DNA from: Heteronotia binoei
Lineage: Eukaryota
DNA: 64,000 bases
Direction: 5' to 3'
NCBI RefSeq assembly: GCF_032191835.1
Contig: NW_026800101.1
Location: 124,001 to 188,000, forward strand
In this document: positions 36,201-45,200 of the stretch, one piece after another
Layout of the letters: each line of letters opens with the position of its first letter
Position numbering within the stretch: position 1 is the first letter of the stretch
The notes under the pieces: generated by a model
Told to the model about the DNA's origin: nothing
Seen by the model: only the letters and a program-made list of their open reading frames with translations
Database searches by the model: none
Position numbers and translations under genes: made by a program

Positions 36201-39200
36201 TGCACACACCTTGAGTACTGAACCCAAATAAACCTTTGGTTTGGAGGTGAAGTTCAGCTGAACACATTCAGTCAACCATCACCATGGAACAACCCTGGAG
36301 TAGGGAAGTTTCATTTGGGTTCAGGGGAAACATGGTATTTTGCCCCTGGAAGCACAGATACAGCAAGGAACTCAGCTGTTTAATGTGCATACTGCTAGAA
36401 ATCTGTGTAAGTGAGAAGCAGGTAATCTGTGCTATAATACGCACACACTTCTCTCTTTTCTCAGATGGTTTAACAACTAATGTGCCTCAACTAACTGCAA
36501 AAAAAAGCAGGGGGAAACAGACCAAAAGTTTTCCCCTGATAAACCCTACAGTTCTGTAGCAGGCTTTGAGGGTTTCTAGATTCCAACTTATTTGACAACT
36601 GCACTATCACCACCACACACACCAAGAGCATCAAGCTATTTTCATATTAGGTTCAGGGAATTCAAATAGATATAATACACTTAAAGAAAAGTCTAATGAA
36701 AAACTAGTGGGGAATTCAAATAGATATAATACACATAAAAGAAAAGTCTAATGAAAAACTAGTGGCATGACATTTGATATATGAGCACCATTACTAATGT
36801 TTTAGAGGAAAGCCAGGTGATTTTTTTAAAAAGTCTGAAATTGACTATTATACTTGACATTTATAACAATATAAACTGCGTAGATAAGTGGGGAGAAAGA
36901 AAAACTCTCCAGCTGCATTAGAACTTAGATTACCCAATGAAAATGACCAGCAGTAGTATCAGGACAGAAGTGGGGGATGGAGTTCTTCTTTTATATAGTT
37001 AACTTATGGAGTCTGCTGCTACAAAAACTGGTAATGGCCATTGGCTTAGGTGGTTTTAAACAAAATCATGGAGGGCAAATCCATCAACGCCTACTAGCCA
37101 CAACAGCTAAAGAGATTAAATATACTTAAGAACATAAGAGAAGTCATGTTGGATCAGGCCAATGGCCCATCCAGTCCAACACTCTGTGTCACACAGTGGC
37201 CAAAAAAACCCAAGTGCCATCAGGAGGTTCACATGGGGCTAGAAGCCCTTCCACTTTGCCCCCCCCCAAGTACCAAGAATACAGAGCATCACTGCCCCAG
37301 ACAGTTCCAACAATATGCTCTGGCTAATAGCCACTGATGGACGTCTACTCCATATTTTTATCCAGTCCCCTCAAGCGCCCCAAGCGTTTTAACCTTTCTT
37401 CATAGGGAAAGTGTTCCAAACCTTTAATCATTCTAGTTGCCCCTTTCTGAACTTTTTTCAATGCTATAATATCCTTTTTGAGGTGCGGTGACCAGAATTG
37501 TACACAATGTTCCAAATGAGACTGCACCATCGATTTATACAGGAGCATTATGATACTGGCTAATTTGTTTTCAATTCCCTTCCTAATAATTCCCAGCATG
37601 GCATTGGCCTTTTTTTTTTTGCAATCACACACTGTCTTGACATTTTCAGTGAGTTATCTACCACGACCTCAAAATATCACCTGCTGAGCAGGGAAGAGGA
37701 GTTAGAAAACGAGAAAACCATGTTCATGGGCTTTGCAGAAGCATCTGGCTGGTCACTGCTGGAGAAAAGGATACTGCAGTAGACAGGCCTTTGGTCAGAT
37801 CAAGCAGGACTTTGCTTAGGCAATGCTTGTTCAGACAAGATAGGTTTAGAGCTTTTTGTGGAGTAATTCTTGGACTTAGTTGCCAGCTGTGACTCTCTCT
37901 TTCTCACCAGTAGATGCTTCTGAGGCTTTGTCTTGCTCATCAGGATGGTCTTCATGTAGAAATCAAGGAGGGAACTCTGAAGAAGCAGAAACACTCCAGT
38001 TACGTACCTACAACAACACACACTATGCACTTTGCAGAAAAGCCAGAGAATAAGGAGTCTCAAATTGCTTACCATAACTACTCTGCTCTGGTCCCAACTG
38101 CAGGTTTTCCCCTTGAGTGAAAGCTCAGCCTCTAGTGACGTGCTGTAACTTTCTCACATCCCAAGCCCACCTTCCATACTCACCTTGTATCTGTTAATGA
38201 TGCCGAGCTCTTTCTGGCTGGTACAAAACTGTACCAGCAGCCCCAACATGGCTGCATAGCCCTGGTTGGCTTCCAGGCCAAGAATGACAGAGAGGTACTT
38301 ATCCACCAGCCCAGGGTTCTAAGGAGAAAACCAAGTAAAAGATCAAGAAAGTTAGTCCAAGACAGGCCCAAACCATCCAATTAATGTGAGCTAGACTTTC
38401 AGAAGCTGGACTTCACCTCTTTCCAAAGCCTGTTCAGTTTCTTTACAGCCCCATCCACCACAGGCTTGCGAGAGCCACCCAGTACCTCCAACAGCAGCAC
38501 ACACTGGACTTCCACCTGTTAAGAAAGAATGGGCCAGTGTAAGCCAGTGATACAAAATGGTTTCAAAGCCACATCTGGTTCCTTGACATGCTACTTGTGG
38601 CGTATCAGGGAAGCCAGAATACCATCTAGAGAACTGATTAGCAGATCTGAGTTTCATCACAGAAAAAAAAGAAAACCAGTCTTGTATGCTAGCGTATACG
38701 CATGCAGCTGTACAACCATATACTCCTTTTTAAGACCACTGTGCAAAAGGTTCTGAAGGTTGGATACAGCAGGATATATCAAAAGCCACAACAGTCTAAT
38801 AATAAAGACTCCCTTTGGAGGTGGGGAGAATCCCACCTCTTCCCAACCCTAGATGAACTTCACATTCTGTATCATGGAGCCTACACATACAGGGCTAAAT
38901 TGCACAGATTTCCTCCTCCACCACTCCTTGCCTCCAAGCATCAATCCCTTGAAGATGAGAAAGTCCAACAACCCAGACAAAAGTTATAGCAGCATGCAAA
39001 GAAGAAAGCCCCAACCAAGAAAAGCCGATTACACCAAAGCTGAGTATATCAAAATCAAGATCCTTACCAGCTTCTCCCAGGTTTCTCCTTGCCTCTTGTC
39101 ATGTGTGGGGAAGACTATGCGAACCAGCAGACAAGTCCAGGATAAGGCCAGTGAAGCTGCAGATCCATTGCTCTTACTGTCACACAAGGAGGATGAAGGG

Positions 39201-42200
39201 AATGAGCCTATGACTGCAATGACACTATTCGGGGCCACAAATCGAGGCCAATCGTGTTTCTCAGGCTGCTGCTTCTTTTATTAGGTTCTAAAAACTGTCC
39301 ACCTCTGAACAAAGAAAACCAAAAAGTCTTCAGTTGTGCTCTGCATGTGTGGGGAAGGGCTGAAAGAGAGCAGGATCGTAAGAATTAACCAGGTTCATAA
39401 GAATTAACCAGGTTCATGTCTGCTGCAATTAGACAAACAGTTCATCACATCTGAAGAGTTATGAATTGTTTGTGGGCATGGATCTGGTTAATGACTATGA
39501 CCATGCCCTCCCTGCCTCCGTCTCTTCATGTGCAGAGCATAACTGAAGACTTCCTGGGTTTTCAAAGTCTTCTATCTAATTCCAGTTTGCCTTGATCTAA
39601 AAATGCCAGCTCTCAGATAAACCAGAGATCTCTGGACTGGAATCCTAAACTATGGTTTTCTCAGCAGAAAGAGCAAGAGTTTGGTAGCACCTTAAAGACT
39701 AACAAAATTTGTGGCAGGGTATGAACTTTTGAGAGTCATGAGTGACTCATGAAAATTCATACTCTGCCATAAATATTGTTAGTCTTTAAGGTGCTACTGG
39801 ACTGAAGTTAGTCTTTATGGGGCCACTGGACTGAAGTAAGCAGTGACTCGTGAAAACTCATACCCTGCCACAAATTTTGTTAGTCTTTAAGGTGCTACTG
39901 GACTCTTGCTTGTTTCTGCTGCTTCAGACAGACTAACAAAGCTACTCATCTTGAGCTATGGTTTTCTCAGATATAAAAACAAAATGCATTTAAAGTTGAA
40001 AACTTCCAAATGTAAGGATCCTTCACAAGCAGAGAGGGGGCGTGCAAACACAGCAACCCATCACATCTGTGCTCATCCCAAACAAACAGAAGCTTAAGAC
40101 GTCTAGATGTAGCCTCTTGGTTTTTAACCTTGCTGTCATGAGTATTCTCTCTTTTTTTTTCCATACAAAGGCCAGTGCAGTTATAACTGTGAGCCACAAT
40201 TTTGGGAGCAGACTACAGGACCACATGCACACTCCCCCAACTGCTCTCCTTTTTCACAAGAATTCTCCCCGTGACCATCTTCCATGGCTTGGTGATATCC
40301 TGGGCCTTTGCAAAACCCAGTTAAAAGCACAGCAGACCTCAATTAAGGATGTACTAAGAGTTTAAATTCCAAGCCTTTCAGAAGCAGCCCCATTCAACCT
40401 GTGCTGGCAAACAGGCAGACACGCACAATGCTAAACCATGGAAGAGAAAGAAGTTTGAGTGATTCTTACCACTATGCAATTGTCCTTCCAGTACTGTCAA
40501 AACAAGTCAGCAGCCCTCTCACAAAAATAAAGTTTACATTTCAAGCTAAGACTCAGAAGGTGACCATCAGCTTTCCTGAAAACGGCTCTCCAGTGCCACA
40601 AGCAATGCATTCAGCTCTCACCTGGGTCCTCCAGCCTTGCTGCTGATTCCCGAGGACTGCAGGGACTGCAGGAGGTTCTTTGCGGTTGCTTCTGGTTGGC
40701 TTTCAGCAAGTTGCTGAAGGGCAGACTGGAGGGCTCTGTGGGATGCTGCATCTCTAGTGAGAGAAATTGAAATGAGGGGCTGCAGAACTCATCAGCTGCT
40801 CATGCTCACAAAATAACCATTCCAAGGACTTCGTCACCCATCTGGTCAAAAGCTCTTTTCTCCTTGCCACTTCAATGCTGAACGTTTACCAGTCATCCCA
40901 GGTCTCAACTAATCTACAGAAGCTCAGCTGCACAGAGCAAGGCATCAATACCACCAAGACTTACAGACTGCTCAAGGAAAGCAGCAGCTTTCCAAATATT
41001 TCTTGAACAAGTCCCTAAAACTTATATTTTGAAAAGGATGTGGCTGTGCTCCCAAAGAGAACCTGGAAACTGCTAGGAAAGGCAGATCCAGCACAATGAA
41101 TCATATCATCATCTCAGAACTCTCTGGTGTGAGCTTTAAGGAAAAGCACAGGATGTATGAATGGACAAATGTCTAGCCCATCAAGTCTGTCTTCCACGGC
41201 AACCAGCCATAAACCTTCAGAATGTTCACAAGCAGAACTTGAAAGCAATGCTCTTCCCCATTCACAAATATATACTGACAAGCTGACCCAAAAATCTAAG
41301 ATCATCTATCTCTTTATGGAACATCTTGAATTCCAGCAAGTACAAAGCAACTTAGTTTGGATAGGATGTCAGACTCTGCAATCCTAACCTCTCACCTGTA
41401 TCGATGAAGAGTGAGGCAGAACAGCTTACAGAGGCCTTTCACTGCACCTTCTGGCAGATCTGAAATGGATTAGATCCCCAAGAGTTATTTGTCAATCTGT
41501 ATTATCTGGTACATGAACATATGAAATTGCCTTATACAGATTCAGAAAATGGGTCCCTCTAATCCATTACTGTCTGACTAGCAGAAGCCCTACAGGATCT
41601 CAAGCACAGAGAAGTCTTTCCCAGCCTCACTACCTTTGATTCTGTTTTAACCGAGGATGTCAGAAATTGAACCTGGAGCCTTGTGCATGAAAAGCATGTA
41701 CTTTGCCACTAAGCCAAGGCTCTTCCTTCGGATTGTTAAATTTTTTTCAAAGTATCACCAATAACTACACTTCAGTCACTATCACAGGGATGCAGAAGTG
41801 GGCACAGTCCTTCTTCCATTATACAGCTCAAGGCACTGTACATGGGATTTCCAGGAGGTGACCCATCTAGGTACTGTCCACAAGCAGCCCTGCTCAGATT
41901 TAGCAAGAATGTTGAAAGATCTCCCAGCTATCAGCATCCATCTTAGTTACAGTTGCCTTCTTATGAACTCCCAAAGAGCTACTGGCAAAATGGGAAGGGG
42001 GAAATTTCATCTTGGCTAGGGTTCCCAAGTCAATACTACCTTGTTGACAAGTGTGAGTCAGACATCTTGTCATCCCCAGCCCTGACAATATAAAACAATA
42101 TACTACTCATTGATACAGCGAACAATTAACAAAAAACCCTTAGATGTCACCACTTCAGAAAACCCAGAATACCAGTCCTTAAAATAAATCTCTGGAATTT

Positions 42201-45200
42201 ACTTCATTCCTTGAGACTAAATTGATTCCCTTGGTCAGCACCCAGGTTTCTGGAAGCAAATGGAGGGGGCCGGGCCCAATGTTTCAACTTGTATGACTTT
42301 TTGAAAGAGCCCAACAGTCATTCCTGATGCAGCTTCCTCCACACTTCTTTTGCCTCCATGTAGGCAAGGAACAGCCAACTGACATGCATCAATCAAGGGG
42401 CTGGTTTTGGCCCAGTGGCCTCCAATCACTAAACCAATTATATATATTGGTGATTTCAAGGAGGAGGAAGAGACTGACTTTATACCCCACCCTTCACTCG
42501 GAGTGGCTTACAATCTCCTTTCCCTTCCCCACAACAGACACCCTGTGAGGTAAGTGGACCTGAGAGAGCTCTTTCAAGAACTGCTCCTGAGAAAGAAGCT
42601 CTTTCAAGAACTCTGACTGACCCAAGATCACTCAGCAGGTTCTTGTGGAGGAGTGTGGAATCAAACGCGGTTTTCCCAGATTAGAGTCTGCGCACTTAAC
42701 CACCACTCCAAACTAGATCTAAGCCACCTCAAGCAGGATTCTGAAGAGGCTGCACAGAAATAAAAATAATAATTTACTGCTTTTATAGCAAAACAAATAT
42801 ACCTTTTCCAGTGATGCATCTTCCAAGTTCACTGAGGATTTCTCTTCGTTCCTTCACACTGGATGTGGTCACTTTCACTGCAAACCTCTTCAGGGTTTCA
42901 GAAACCTAAAGTAAACAATTGAAAAGCAGGGTGGAATGAACAACCAAAGTAAGAGGAGTCCACGATTAGACCAGAAGTCTATGCAGATCAACATTCTGTT
43001 TCTTCACAGTGGTTAACTAGATAGCCACAAGCAGGGAAGTTACTCTGGAATCCTCCCCTACAACTGCTGTACTATCTTTGAACACAGAGTTTCATTTAAT
43101 CATCATGGCTAATAACTTCTGACAAATCTATTTTCCATGAGTTTGTCTACTCCCTTTAAAACCAGCTAAGTTAGTCGCCATTGGTACATCTGGCAACAAC
43201 ATAGAACTAAATTACACTCTGTAAAAAGAAGTGCTTTCTGTTGTCTGTCTTGAATTTACTGCCTATCCACTTCATTAAATTTGAATTCTAGTGTCATGGA
43301 ACAGACAGAAAAAGTACCCAAGGACAAAATAGGCAAAGAGATCCAAGCTGATGCATCTATACCAAGCCTGAAAAGAACTGCTAACCTGGCTGTCTGAAGT
43401 GTATAAGAAGGGCCTACAGAGAAATGATGGTTCTTGCATATGATGGTTCTTACCACAAATGACTAAAATAAGTATGCATGGACAAAACAGGTAGTACAAA
43501 ATGTGGGCGTATTTGTAAAATTGGCCAACAAGTAGCTTTATTCAGTGACACCACACAACCTGAGATAGCACAAGATTAAAACTTCCAGCTGATGGATAGT
43601 ACTAATGAATTTGCCTGCACAGACTTTCTGCCTCATTTGTATATCACATGGATCACCTGCAAGATCACCTCAGGGAGATAAGAATCCAAACAACCAGAAA
43701 TCCTGCTACTTCCTGGCTATGGTGTGTTCTTGTTTGTTGTCTCTCCTGTTCTTTGTGAACTGGGAGAGGGGGGAATCTACATGTACAGCAAGTTGTAGAT
43801 ATAATACATTTAAGAGCAACTATAAAATCAGGCAAAGGGGGAGTGGTTTGGGATATAGAATTATAAAATGGTGCCACTGACATGAAGAACTGAAAGCCAT
43901 AAGGCTTGTGCATAAGAAAATAATTGGGATCAAAGTACAGTGCTAGCAGGGATAAACCCAGAAAATAAAACCAGAGATAACTAGGGAAGCATGTGGAGGA
44001 GGCTAGGTTATGACAACAAGAACTCCAGTTTCCCATACATATTTTAATAATCCTTACAGTAACATTTTAAGATAGTTCTAGCCTCTTGCCATATTACAGA
44101 TGAAGAGGCTGAAAAGATAATAGCTTGACAAAGACAACCTACTGAGTTCATTGCCAGAGCAGGGTTTGAATTAGGTCCTTTTCTCATCTTAGCTATTTCT
44201 AACTTTCCATAGTACAATAAAAAAGTAATTCCATAGCATGAAGCACTGCATTTTAAACAGTCAAATTACTGTTATACTATTATTATATACTGCTTTTTAA
44301 TTTTATCTGGCACAAGACTCAGGGGAGCATATGTAGCTCCTGCACCACCACACATACACACACAAAAAAACAACATGCAAAGTAGGTCTTCCTGCGTCTG
44401 GCAGTCTATCCAATACATCAAATATGTACCACCACTACTGATATAATATTTTAATGTATTCAGTTTCAGGACATCCCCAGCCTAACTTACATCACCAAGT
44501 TGATGTGAGGATAAAATGGAGGCAAGGAAAACCATGCAAGCCACTTTGGGTTGCCACTGAGAAGAAAGACAGGGCATAAAGGAAGGAAGCCATCATAATC
44601 CCTGTTTTACAGTTGACTGTGAATATCAGTTCTACTGAAGGTCAAAAAATGGACACATAACCCATCAATGATAGTGGACATAACCACTAGAACCAACATG
44701 GCTTCTAAGATATAACATTCATTGACAGGAATGTTATTTCAGGGGGTAGTCAAGTAGGTCGGCAATAGAAAACAGCTAGATCCAAGTCCAGTAGCACCTT
44801 AAAGACCAACAAGATTTTTCAAAGTATGTATCTTGAAAGCGTTATGTACTTTTATAAAATTACATATGATTCAGGAGGGAAAAGCATAATGACAGAATGA
44901 CTATCCCTGGTTTTAACACTTGAACTCAGGGCCAGTCATTGAAACTAATGTGCAGTAGATTTGGGGTAAACAAATTCCCAGCCACAAGTGACAGCTCGCC
45001 TTACAAGGAAAGGAGTCAGATTCCTGGCTTATTTAATACCTTATTTAAAGGTAGCATATCCCTAATACAATTTGCTGAGACAATACCAGAGGTTGGACTC
45101 TACACCCTGCTCGTGGGCTTCTCAAAGGCAGCTGATTAAACACTGTGGAAAAGCAGTAGAATGAACTTCGGTCAGACCTGCCAGGTCTCTTGCGTCCTTA

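Noticed and set aside
36657-36765. CRISPR-like repeat array
   Set aside because: Eukaryotic DNA; two abutting copies with no spacer form a simple tandem duplication.
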